From Chthoniobacterales bacterium (lineage in GTDB: Bacteria; Verrucomicrobiota; Verrucomicrobiia; Chthoniobacterales; JACTMZ01), in contig JBGSSV010000194.1 of assembly GCA_041736875.1 (NCBI GenBank), forward strand, positions 1,993 to 65,992: a stretch of 64,000 bases of DNA, written 5' to 3'. The position numbers and the translations under genes were made by a program. Numbering within the stretch: position 1 is the first letter of the stretch; the number at the start of each line of letters is the position of its first letter. Positions 8,260-17,500 of the stretch are shown one piece after another. Under the pieces are notes generated by a model. The model made no database searches. It was not told the origin of the DNA and saw nothing but the letters and a program-made list of their open reading frames with translations.

Positions 8260-11200
8260 TCAGGGATTCTGCGTGGCCTCGACCCGGAAGAACGTGCGGC
8301 CGGAGGCGGGCACGGTGAACTGGCGGCGGGTGTAATTGGTCAGCAGGACGCCGCTCTGGTCGGGCGCGTTCGAGATGGTCACGACAACATTGGTCCACGA
8401 CGGCGTGGCGAGATTGGTCCGGCCTTGGACCTGGTAGGTCAGGGCGTTGGTGTCGGTGATGAAGGAAATGTTCGCGTTCGTGCCGACCTTCGTCGCCTGC
8501 AGGAGGGCCGGAGAGCCCTTCGTCGGGTCGCCACCGAAGGCGAACTCCTCCTGGTTGTCGAAACCGTCAGCATCCGGGTCCGCAGCCGGCAGGGCGTTGG
8601 TGCCGGTGAGCGAGGGGTAGTTGGTGAGCCAGATGGCGAAGGGGTTGGTCGGCGGGGGCGGCACAGTGCCGACGGAGAGCACCGAGTTGCTTTGGGTGAA
8701 CAGGTAGGTCACGCCGTTCTCGCCGCGATACCACGTGCCGCCGCTGTTGGTGAAGCCAGCGACGCTGAAACCGCCGTCGTAGGTCTTGGTCGTGCCGGAG
8801 GCCACGATGGTCCAACTGTCGCTGGCGTTGGTCGAGGCGTTGGCGAGGTTGAAGACGAAGGTGCCGCGGAGGAAGGCGCTGCCGCTGCCGGTGACGGTGT
8901 TGTTCACGCCGGAGTTGCCGATGTTGAAGGTGAGGGAGCCGGAAGGTCCGAGTTCGAGCAGCCCGTTGTTGATCGTGGTGTTACCGCCGTAGGTGTTGGC
9001 GCCATTGAGCACCTGGGTGCCGGCACCGGTCTTGGTGAGAGCCATGATGCCGTTCGTCGCCGTCGTGCCGATGAGGCTGTTGAGGCTGGAGCCGGTCACG
9101 ATCTGGCCGCTGAACGTGTTGTAGTCGCCCGCTTCGTTGCTGATGGTGAGCGTTGCCGTCGCGTTCGAGGCGAGCGTGGCCAAGGTGGTCACGTAGCCGG
9201 CCGATCCCGACAGCGACCGGATGGTCTGGCTGTTGACGCCGTTGGTCGTGCCGAGGCTGAAGACGCCCCCCGATTCCACAGTGACGTGGGGAAGAGCACC
9301 CGCCGCATTGGTGAACGCATTGCCGGGAGCGAAGGTGGTGATGATGTTGGTGCCGACAGTGAACCCGCCGCCGCCCGCGAACTGAATGCCGGTCACCCCG
9401 AAGTTGACCGAAGCGAAATCGGAGGAACCGCCATCGGGGTCCCGCACGAAGCGGAGGCTGCCATTGGTGATGACCGGAGTGAAGAACGTGGCATTGGTGA
9501 TGAAACGGAGGCTCTCGATGCCGCCCTGCAGGGCGCCGGCAGCGTTGGTGTAGGCGCCTAGCGCCACCGTCCGGGTAGCTCCGCCGAGGTTGATGAGGTT
9601 GGCCCCCAAGGAAACGCGGCCGTTGAGACCGCCGCGGGGCCCTTTGTTCACGCCGAAGTCGCCATTCACGGAAATGTTCGTAGCGTTCAGGGTCTGGCCG
9701 CTGCCGCCGAGGAGTCCGCCACCGTTGATGGTAAGGCCACCGACGCCGAAGGGACTGGCGATGATGTCGCTGCCCGAAAGGACGGTGGAGGAGCGCAGCT
9801 GCATCCAGCCTCCGTTGATCGCAGCCCCGCCGGAGAAGTCATTGGGCCCGAGCAGTGCCAGTGTTCCCGCCCCCGTCTTCGTGAGCCCCCCGGGTCCGGT
9901 GAGTTGGGCCACCGAATTGGTGATGGAGACAGTGATTCCGGCTCCAACCTCAAGCCCAGCGCCGCCGCTCCCGAGGGTCAGGCCGCGGTTGGGATTGAAC
10001 GTGATGTTGTTGGTCCCAGTGAAGATGATTTTGCTGCCGTTGGAAACAATGAGGGCGTCGGACGTGAATACGCCGGGCGCCGCCCCGATGCGGTTGTCTC
10101 CGACACTGATCGAAACCGCCCCCGCTTCAAGGGTCGCTCCTCCCGTGAAAGTGTTGTTCGTATTGAGGGTGAGCGTGCCCGCGCCTGTCTTGACCAACCG
10201 GCCGCTGCCGCTGATGGCGTTGGAGGCGAAGGACACTCCCTGCACGAGATCGTCGCTGCGATTGAAGATGAGGACACCGTTGTTGGCAATGGCTCCCGAG
10301 CCGACGTTGCCAGTGGTGCCGCCCTCGCCGACCTGAAGGACGCCGCCGCTGATCGTCGTGGTCCCGGTGTAGGAGTTGGAGCCGGTGAGGATCTGCGTGC
10401 CCGCACCGGCCTTGACCAGCGAGATGGCGACGTTGGTGTTGGACGTGCCGAGGGTGGCGTTGAGCAAGGTGCCGGTGAGGATGCTGCCGGAGAAAGTGGC
10501 GGCGTCCGAGGCGCTGGCATTGGAAATCGTGAGCGTGCTGGTCACGCTGGAGGTCGAGTTGGCCAAGCTGGTAACGAGACCGTCTCCGGAGAGGGTGCGG
10601 ACGCGGATGTTGCGCGCGTTGACGTCGGTCGACATGTTGAAGATGCCATTGGTCTCGACGGTGAATGAAGGAGGAGCGTTGGTCTCCCAAGCATCGGAGG
10701 TGGCGAACGTGGTGATGATGTTGCTGCCAACCGTGATGGCGGCATCCGCAGAAACGATCATGCCCGCGGAGAAGTTGACCGAGGCGTAGTTGGTGGGATC
10801 GCCGGTCTCGTCACGCACGAAGCGGATGGTGCCGTTGGTCAGGGTGGCGGGCACGAGGCTGTTGGAGAGGAAGCGGAAGCTTTCCTGGCCGCCGGCGAGG
10901 GAACCTATTGCGTTCGTCCACCTCCCGAGGGTCACCGTGCGGGTGCCGCCTTGGAGGTTGATCAATCCCGCGACGCTCAGCCGGCCATTGTCGGTCGCGC
11001 TGTAGGCGCCGAGATTGACGGCAAAGTTGCTGTTGACCAGGAACGTCGGAGGGTAAAGCGCACCGGCGCCGCCCGGCATGATGCGGCCGCCGTTGATCGT
11101 GATGGTGCCGGTGCCGAAGGATCCGCCAAAGTTGGTGCCGTTGGTGACAGCGGAATTCGCGCCCGGACGGATGGTGCCCTCGTTGAGGGTGACACCACCT

Positions 11201-11700
11201 TGGAAGGTGTTCGTCGTGCCGAGGTTCAACGTGCCCGACCCGCTTTTTACGATGCTGCCGGTGCCATTTATGGCGCCGTTGAGGAAAAGACGACCCGGGG
11301 CGGTGGAGATGGTGGTGGCTCCGTTGATGGTCAGCGCGCTGGTGATCGTGGCGGAGTTGGAACCGGCATTGGTGAGGCCGCCCGTGAGCGTGAAGGCGTT
11401 GCCCGTGATCGTGTAGGCGCCCGCGTTGGTGGCGAAGGACACGCCGCCAACATTGTAAGAGGAGAACCCGTTGGTCAGCGTGATGATGCTGCTATTGGCG
11501 AAGGCCCACGAGGTGCCGTCGGACGGAGCCACCCCACCTTGCCAGTTTGCACCATTCGTGGTCTGCCCGTCGGCGGGCGCGGTGCTCCAAGTGGTTTGGG
11601 CTTGGACACCGGGTGGCCAGGACAAGGCAGCGGCGAAGACAGCGGCGAGGAGGAAATTCGGGGTCGAAGGACGGATGGAGGAGAGGGGGGAGGTTTTCAT
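8260..11700 (-). CDS. giant secreted autotransporter-associated beta-strand repeat protein (1146 aa), no PEP-CTERM tail
   Basis: Signal peptide MKTSPLSSIRPSTPNFLLAAVFAAALSWPPGVQA. There are many G/T/N-rich repeats of the type GAGTLTLNTNNTFTGGATLEAG and GTQILTGSNSYTGTTTISGGVLQVG. The C-terminus carries DPDADGFDNQEEFAFGGDP followed by a beta-sandwich ending FFRVEATQNP. Confidence 0.85.
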   Translation of the reverse strand: MKTSPLSSIRPSTPNFLLAAVFAAALSWPPGVQAQTTWSTAPADGQTTNGANWQGGVAPSDGTSWAFANSSIITLTNGFSSYNVGGVSFATNAGAYTITGNAFTLTGGLTNAGSNSATITSALTINGATTISTAPGRLFLNGAINGTGSIVKSGSGTLNLGTTNTFQGGVTLNEGTIRPGANSAVTNGTNFGGSFGTGTITINGGRIMPGGAGALYPPTFLVNSNFAVNLGAYSATDNGRLSVAGLINLQGGTRTVTLGRWTNAIGSLAGGQESFRFLSNSLVPATLTNGTIRFVRDETGDPTNYASVNFSAGMIVSADAAITVGSNIITTFATSDAWETNAPPSFTVETNGIFNMSTDVNARNIRVRTLSGDGLVTSLANSTSSVTSTLTISNASASDAATFSGSILTGTLLNATLGTSNTNVAISLVKAGAGTQILTGSNSYTGTTTISGGVLQVGEGGTTGNVGSGAIANNGVLIFNRSDDLVQGVSFASNAISGSGRLVKTGAGTLTLNTNNTFTGGATLEAGAVSISVGDNRIGAAPGVFTSDALIVSNGSKIIFTGTNNITFNPNRGLTLGSGGAGLEVGAGITVSITNSVAQLTGPGGLTKTGAGTLALLGPNDFSGGAAINGGWMQLRSSTVLSGSDIIASPFGVGGLTINGGGLLGGSGQTLNATNISVNGDFGVNKGPRGGLNGRVSLGANLINLGGATRTVALGAYTNAAGALQGGIESLRFITNATFFTPVITNGSLRFVRDPDGGSSDFASVNFGVTGIQFAGGGGFTVGTNIITTFAPGNAFTNAAGALPHVTVESGGVFSLGTTNGVNSQTIRSLSGSAGYVTTLATLASNATATLTISNEAGDYNTFSGQIVTGSSLNSLIGTTATNGIMALTKTGAGTQVLNGANTYGGNTTINNGLLELGPSGSLTFNIGNSGVNNTVTGSGSAFLRGTFVFNLANASTNASDSWTIVASGTTKTYDGGFSVAGFTNSGGTWYRGENGVTYLFTQSNSVLSVGTVPPPPTNPFAIWLTNYPSLTGTNALPAADPDADGFDNQEEFAFGGDPTKGSPALLQATKVGTNANISFITDTNALTYQVQGRTNLATPSWTNVVVTISNAPDQSGVLLTNYTRRQFTVPASGRTFFRVEATQNP

Positions 11701-11752
11701 GAGGGTTATGGCTTTACAAAATAGCTTCGTTCGCGGGCAATCCCAGCAGACA

Positions 11753-11766
11753 GGTCATATATGTCC
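11753..11766. promoter_or_regulatory. near-perfect palindrome GGTCATATATGTCC upstream of the 8260..11700 gene
   Basis: The CATATATG core is a perfect palindrome and the GG/CC ends match. It lies 53-66 nt upstream of the ATG at 11700 in an unusually AT-rich 100-nt gap. Confidence 0.25.
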
Positions 11767-11800
11767 GAGATTTAATGATAATTTTGCGCAGGCTCGGGAC

Positions 11801-14254
11801 TCACCATCCCCGCGCCATGATCTCGGCGGCGAGGACTTCGGCGATGATCTGCTGGCCGGCATCGTTGAAGTGGACGTTGTCCGAGCGCAGGCTGCGCGGC
11901 GGGATGTCGGCTGCGCGGTCGATCTGATCGTTGACATCAACCGTGGCGTTGCGGATGAGTGCGGTGCGGACGTCGACAAAATTGTCGGGAAATTCGAGGC
12001 GGAGAAGGTGGTTGAGGTTGATCGAGCCGTAATAGTAACCGCTCCCGAGGGACTCTCCGCCACCATTGGTCACCGAGACGATGAGAAAACGGGCGTCGAG
12101 CGCTTTGATCTGCCGCACGGCGGCGCGGATATCCGCGTAGACCTCGTGGGGGCGGGCATTGTTATTCCGCCCCATCCAGAGGATGAACGTGTCCGCATCG
12201 CGGTCGGTATGCGTCCGCAGTCTAAGCGAAGTCGGGCCGCCGGGATGGGTCCAATCGAGCACAAACGGCCCTTGCACCGCGGTGGCCCCGGCAAAGTCAG
12301 CGCCGAGCGAAACCGGCGTGAGGCCCGGCTTGCCCAAGACCGCGCCGGTGTAGTTGTAGACCATCGAAATGGCATTGCCGCCGGGCGTCGCGGCGAGGGA
12401 GAAGCCGCCGGAGTCCACATCGCGCACGTGGTAAAGCTGTCCGGAAAAAAGACCCGGGGGAGCGGCCCCGCGGCGGAACCAGACGGTGTCGCCGGCAACG
12501 AAAGGGTGCCCCGGCGAGTCGAATCGCGCACTCGGGGCAGCGGATGAGGCGGCGACCGTGAAGGCCACATCCGCCTCGACGAGGGAAAAACCGCCGGCAT
12601 CCGCACCGCGCACGAAGTAGGTCTTAGCGACAACGAGCGGCGAAGGGAGAGGCCCGGCGGGAAACTGGACGACATCACCGTCGGCGAACGGGTGGCCCGG
12701 AGCGAGGAGGCGCGAAGAGTTGGCGGCGCGGCTGGAGGTGACGGACGCGGCGAGCGGCGTGCTCGATTCGCCGATCTTCACCCCGCGATTGAAGAACTCG
12801 ACTTTCGAGACCTTGGCAAGGGTGGCAGCGTAGGCAGCCCAGTTGCTGCGCTGGCTGGTGCTCATGATGCGCGCGTGGGTGGTGCGTGAGGCCACAATGC
12901 GCAACGGCGTCCCGGCGGGCGTGGAGGCAGCCTGGGCCGGGTAGGGCGAGGTGATGGTGACTCCGGCCATGCGCTCCGCGATTTGCATCGAGTTGTCGCC
13001 ACCGATGCCGCAATTCTGCGTGGCGCGACTGCCGGGAAGGAGTGCCGGGAGTTTGCTCACATAGGTGCCGGGGTTACCCGTCAGGCTGTCGCCCCAGCAG
13101 GTGATGAGGGAGGATGGAACGGTCGGCACCCTCGGGACGGACTTCAGACGGTAAAGTCGCATGGGACCTCCGCGCTGATCGAGGGCCTGGCGCAGACCGG
13201 CCATGTTGGTGGAAGCGAGCACGGAAGTCTGCCAGCCAGCCGGAGCAGTCCGATCCTCGAGCGCGGAGCCGACATCGAGGAGCGAAGGGTTTTCCGGCCA
13301 CGCGAGCCGGATACCCCCGGGTGCCGGTGTCAGGGCCAGACCGGTGCGATCGGGCACAAGCGGATTGCCGGCGGTCAGGTATTCCCAAAGGTTACTCCGC
13401 CCGTCCGCATCCGGATCGTGCGCCGTTCCACCGGATGTCCCGCGCAGCCTCCCGGCGAGACCGGAAAGGGCACGCCACTCCTCGAATGTGCTGAACGCGG
13501 GAGCGGACGGATCCGGCAGGAGAGGAACTCCGCGGACGGGGTTCGGGGTCTGCGAACTGGTGGTGTTGTGGAACGCGACCGCGCGACACTCATAGGGCTG
13601 CCCGGTGACGAGTCCGGTGATCGTGTGGGTCGTAGTATTGGGCGGCAGATTGTCGATCGTGACCCAGGCTGTGACTCCCTCGGCGCGGTATTGGACCCGG
13701 TAGCGCGTCTCGGTCTCGAACAGATCGAGCCAGCGCAGGGTGAGAGATGTCGCATCGGTCGATTCGATCGTGTGAAGGAACGGGGCAGTGAGGCTCAAGG
13801 TCTCGTCTTCCGCGATGGTGATGGTCGCCGAGGCCGGCAAGCCGACCGTGTAGGCCGGATCAGGCGCGACGGTGGCCACCACCGTCTCAAGGACATCGGC
13901 TTCGGCCACCGCGTCGTTGATCGGGTGCAGCGGCAGATCAAGGAAGGCCTCGCCCGCAGGGATGACCACGCTCGCGGGCAGCGTCTCGTAGTCAACGCCT
14001 GCCGTGGCAGTGCCACCGAAGGTCAGCCGGACGGTCAGGGGCTGACCCAAGTCCCCCCCCGCCCGACCGAGCCGCAGTAGTCCCTCATAGCTTCCCGCCT
14101 CGGAGGCAGCTCCATCCGGCGCCGTGATGCTGACCGTCTGCGCGCCCCCCCAACTGACCGTTGATGCAAGCAGCAAAGCCACAAGCAGAACGGGGAACGA
14201 GGGGGGGGAAACGGGAAGGCCGGAAGTCATGGGGGGACTCGGAGGATGACCCAT
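11801..14254 (-). CDS. secreted Calx-beta + fibronectin-III + SGNH/GDSL hydrolase (esterase)
   Basis: Likely start is ATG 14254 (MGHPPSPPMTSGLPVSPPSFPVLLVALLLAS); ATG 14230 is an alternative. TFGGTATAGVDYE is a Calx-beta motif. SLTLRWLD...YRVQYRA is FN3-like. ITCWGDSLTG is SGNH block I and DNVHFNDAGQQIIA is block V (DxxH). Confidence 0.8.
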   Translation of the reverse strand: MGHPPSPPMTSGLPVSPPSFPVLLVALLLASTVSWGGAQTVSITAPDGAASEAGSYEGLLRLGRAGGDLGQPLTVRLTFGGTATAGVDYETLPASVVIPAGEAFLDLPLHPINDAVAEADVLETVVATVAPDPAYTVGLPASATITIAEDETLSLTAPFLHTIESTDATSLTLRWLDLFETETRYRVQYRAEGVTAWVTIDNLPPNTTTHTITGLVTGQPYECRAVAFHNTTSSQTPNPVRGVPLLPDPSAPAFSTFEEWRALSGLAGRLRGTSGGTAHDPDADGRSNLWEYLTAGNPLVPDRTGLALTPAPGGIRLAWPENPSLLDVGSALEDRTAPAGWQTSVLASTNMAGLRQALDQRGGPMRLYRLKSVPRVPTVPSSLITCWGDSLTGNPGTYVSKLPALLPGSRATQNCGIGGDNSMQIAERMAGVTITSPYPAQAASTPAGTPLRIVASRTTHARIMSTSQRSNWAAYAATLAKVSKVEFFNRGVKIGESSTPLAASVTSSRAANSSRLLAPGHPFADGDVVQFPAGPLPSPLVVAKTYFVRGADAGGFSLVEADVAFTVAASSAAPSARFDSPGHPFVAGDTVWFRRGAAPPGLFSGQLYHVRDVDSGGFSLAATPGGNAISMVYNYTGAVLGKPGLTPVSLGADFAGATAVQGPFVLDWTHPGGPTSLRLRTHTDRDADTFILWMGRNNNARPHEVYADIRAAVRQIKALDARFLIVSVTNGGGESLGSGYYYGSINLNHLLRLEFPDNFVDVRTALIRNATVDVNDQIDRAADIPPRSLRSDNVHFNDAGQQIIAEVLAAEIMARGW

Positions 14255-14465
14255 CAAATTAAAACAGAATCCGCCACGCGCAAACTCCACCAATGGCAGG
14301 TAATGGCAGAGATTGCAGGAGCGGGGAAAGCTGACGCGGCAGATTGCACACGGCGACTTCTGTTTGTAGCGGCTCCGTGAGCGCCGGCCTTGCGGACGTT
14401 TCTTTAGCACCGACGCACATGGAGCGCCGCTACACGCGAAACCATCGGGAAGATGCGCGGTAGGA

Positions 14466-14491
14466 GCGCGGACGACCCCCATCGTCCGCGC
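14466..14491 (-). terminator. perfect 10-bp GC-rich stem-loop 10 nt after the stop of the PEP-CTERM giant
   Basis: GCGCGGACGA (14466-14475), loop ccccca, TCGTCCGCGC (14482-14491). No U-tract follows on the minus strand, so it may be an RNA-stabilising hairpin rather than a classical intrinsic terminator. Confidence 0.4.
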
Positions 14492-14500
14492 CCCTCCGCA

Positions 14501-17500
14501 CTACCCCAAATCAAAGGGTGCCCCGGCGGCTTTGGACCAGCGCGTCAAGTGGCGGCGCAGGGGCCAGAGGCAGAGGCCGAGCAGGCCGATGGCGGCCAAG
14601 ACCGTCGAGGGCTCGGGAATGGCGGTGATGGTGAAGGTGCTGCTGCCGCTGTCCCAACCGGAGTTGAACGCGCTGCTGAATGAGAACAAGCTAGTGTTGT
14701 TCACTGTGCTGGTCAGGTCGCTGCCGACGAACTTCAGCACGTTGCCGGCGAGGAAGTTGTTGACCGTCAGCTTGAGCGTCGGCGAGTAGGTGCCGAAGGT
14801 CAGGGTGCCGATCTCGCCGGTGCCGTAGTCGAGGAACGAGGCCTCGGTGAGGGTGAGGTCGCCCATGACTTCGTTCACGCCGCTACCGCGGGCGATCGTG
14901 CCGCCCGAGAGGGTGATGGTGGCGGTATCGTTCACCTGATCGTTCTTTGCGATCAAGAGGGTGGCTCCGGTGCGAACGGTAATGCCTGAGGTGCCGCCGG
15001 CGGCTTGGCCGCTGGTGGCGTTGAGTTGCAGCGTGCCGCCCGTGACAGCCGTGGCGCCCGTGCGACCGCTACCCGCCGTAAGCGTGAGGGTGTTTGCACC
15101 GAGCTTCCAGAGCTCGCGGGAATTGGCGATACCGGTGCCGTAGCTGAAATTGCCGGCTGTAGTGTCGATGCCGACGATCGAGCCGACGTTCATCGTGTAG
15201 CCCGTGGCGGTATTGCTGATGATGGTGTCGATCGTGGCTTCATCGTAGCCGCCCGAGCCGCCGACGCCCAAGCCGATGACGGCGTTGGACTGAACGGTAA
15301 CCTGAGAGTTGACGGACTTCGCATTGGTGTTGGCGAAGGTGAGCACGCCTGCGGCAACGGTCGTCGCCCCGCCGTAGGTGTTGTTGCCCGAGAGGACCTG
15401 GGTGCCGGCACCCGTCTTGGTGATCGCGATGGCCGCGTTGGTGGCGGTGGTGCCGATGGTCGCGTTCAGCTCCGAGCCCGTGACGATCCGGCCCCCGTAG
15501 TTGAAGTTGTCACCCGCTTGGTTGCTGATGGTCAGGATGGCGGTGTTGGTGGAGGCCGCGTTTGCCAACGTGGTGACAAAGCCGGCCGTGCCCGCGAGCG
15601 AGCGGATGGTTTGGCTATTCACGCCGTTGCTTGTGCCGAGATTGAAGATGCCTCCGTCCTCGGTGGCCACATGCGGCAACACTCCGTTCGTGTTAACGAA
15701 AGCGTTGCCGGGACCGAAGGTCGTGATGATGTTTGTCCCAACGATGAACCCGCTGCCTCCGGCAAACTGAATGTTAGTTACACCGAAGTTCACTGAGGCG
15801 AAGTCCGAGGATGAGCCACCGGCGTCGCGCACGAACCGCATGGTGCCATTGGTGATCGTCGGGGTGTAAAACGTGGCGTTGGTGATGAAACGGAGGCTTT
15901 CGATGCCACCCTGCAAGGAGCCTGCTGCATTGGTGTAACCACCGACGCTCACGGTGCGGGTTGCGCCGCTAAGGTTGATCAAGTTTGCCCCCAAGCTGAG
16001 ACGACCATTCAAACCCCCTCGAGCACCCTGGTTGACAGCGAAGTCGCCGTTGACGGTGATGTTGGTGGCGTTCAGGGTCTGGCCGGCGCCAAGGATGCCG
16101 CCGCCGCTGATGGTGATGTCACCGACGCCCAGCGGGCCGGAGACAATGTTGCTGCCGGACAAGATTGAGCTGGATTGCAGGCGGATGAAGCCCTCGCTGA
16201 TGAGGGTGCCACCGGAGTAAGTGCTGGCGGAACCCAAACTGAGCGTGCCAGCGCCAGTTTTGGTCAGGCTACCTCCACCAGCGATGACCTGGCCGGCTCC
16301 GACCGAGGCGGTTTGACCTGAGGAGACTTCCAAGCCGCCACCGCCGGTGCCGAGCGTGATGCCGCGATTGGCGTTGAAGGTGAAGCCCGTGGTGGTGACG
16401 AGTTTGCCGCCGTTAGTCAGCGTGATTGAGTCCGACGTGAAGGCGCCCGGGGCCGCGCCGAGGCGCGTGTCACCAGCTATGGCAACTGCACCCCCGCCGA
16501 TGAGGGTCTTCCCAGTGAAGCCGGTGCTAGCTGCGCTAAGGGTGAGGGTGCCCGTGCCGATCTTGCGGAGGGTGCCGCTGTTGCTCAGGGAGCCGCTGAC
16601 TGTAGGGTTGAACCCCGCAGTGTCGAAGGTGCCGGTGACCCCGGCGTTGATGGCGATACCGCGGTTTGCGCCCAGTGTGGGTGCGCCGAAGAAGGAAAGC
16701 GTGCTGTTGCCCCCGAAGGTGAATTGGTTGGTCGCCGATCCAGGCAGCGCGCCCCAGGCCGCGCCGTTGTCGATGGAGATCGCTCCGGCGTTGATGGTGA
16801 CGCCGCCAGTGTAGCTGTTGACTCCGGTGAGCGTGAGGGTGCCCGCCCCGTTCTTGATCACGTTACCGGAACCGCTGATGCCCGAACTGGTGAAGTCGGT
16901 GCCTTGGGCGATGTTGTCGCTGCGGTTGAAGATAAGTGTGCCGTTGTTCACGAAGGCACCGCTGGTGCCGAGGCTGCCGGTGGTTCCGCCGTTGCCGATT
17001 TGGAGCGCACCCCCGCTGATGGTGGTCGTGCCCGTGTAGTTGTTTGATCCGGCGAGCGTAAGGGTGCCTGCTCCGGCCTTGGTCAGAGCCAAGGTGACGT
17101 TGGTGGCGGACGTGCCGAGAGTTTCGTTGAGCAGATTGCCTTGAACGAGCCGTCCGGAGAACGTGGAACTGTCGGAGGCGGAAGTGTTCGAGACAGTGAG
17201 GGTGCTGGACTGTGCTGCTGCGGCGTTGGCCAAGCTGGTCACGATGCCGGCACCGGAGAGGCTCTGGACGCGGGCGTTGCGGGCGTTGACGTCGGTGGAG
17301 AGGTTGAAGTAGCCGCCCTCCTCCACGGAAACGAGGGGATTGGTGGTGGTGCCCCACGGGTCGCTTGAAGCGAAGGTGGTGATCACGTTCGAGCCGATCG
17401 TGATGCCGACGTTGGTGCCGATGGCCATGCCGCCGGAGAAGTTGACGCTGACGAAGTCGGAAGCGGTGCCGGCCGCATCGCGGGCGAAGCGCACAGTGCC

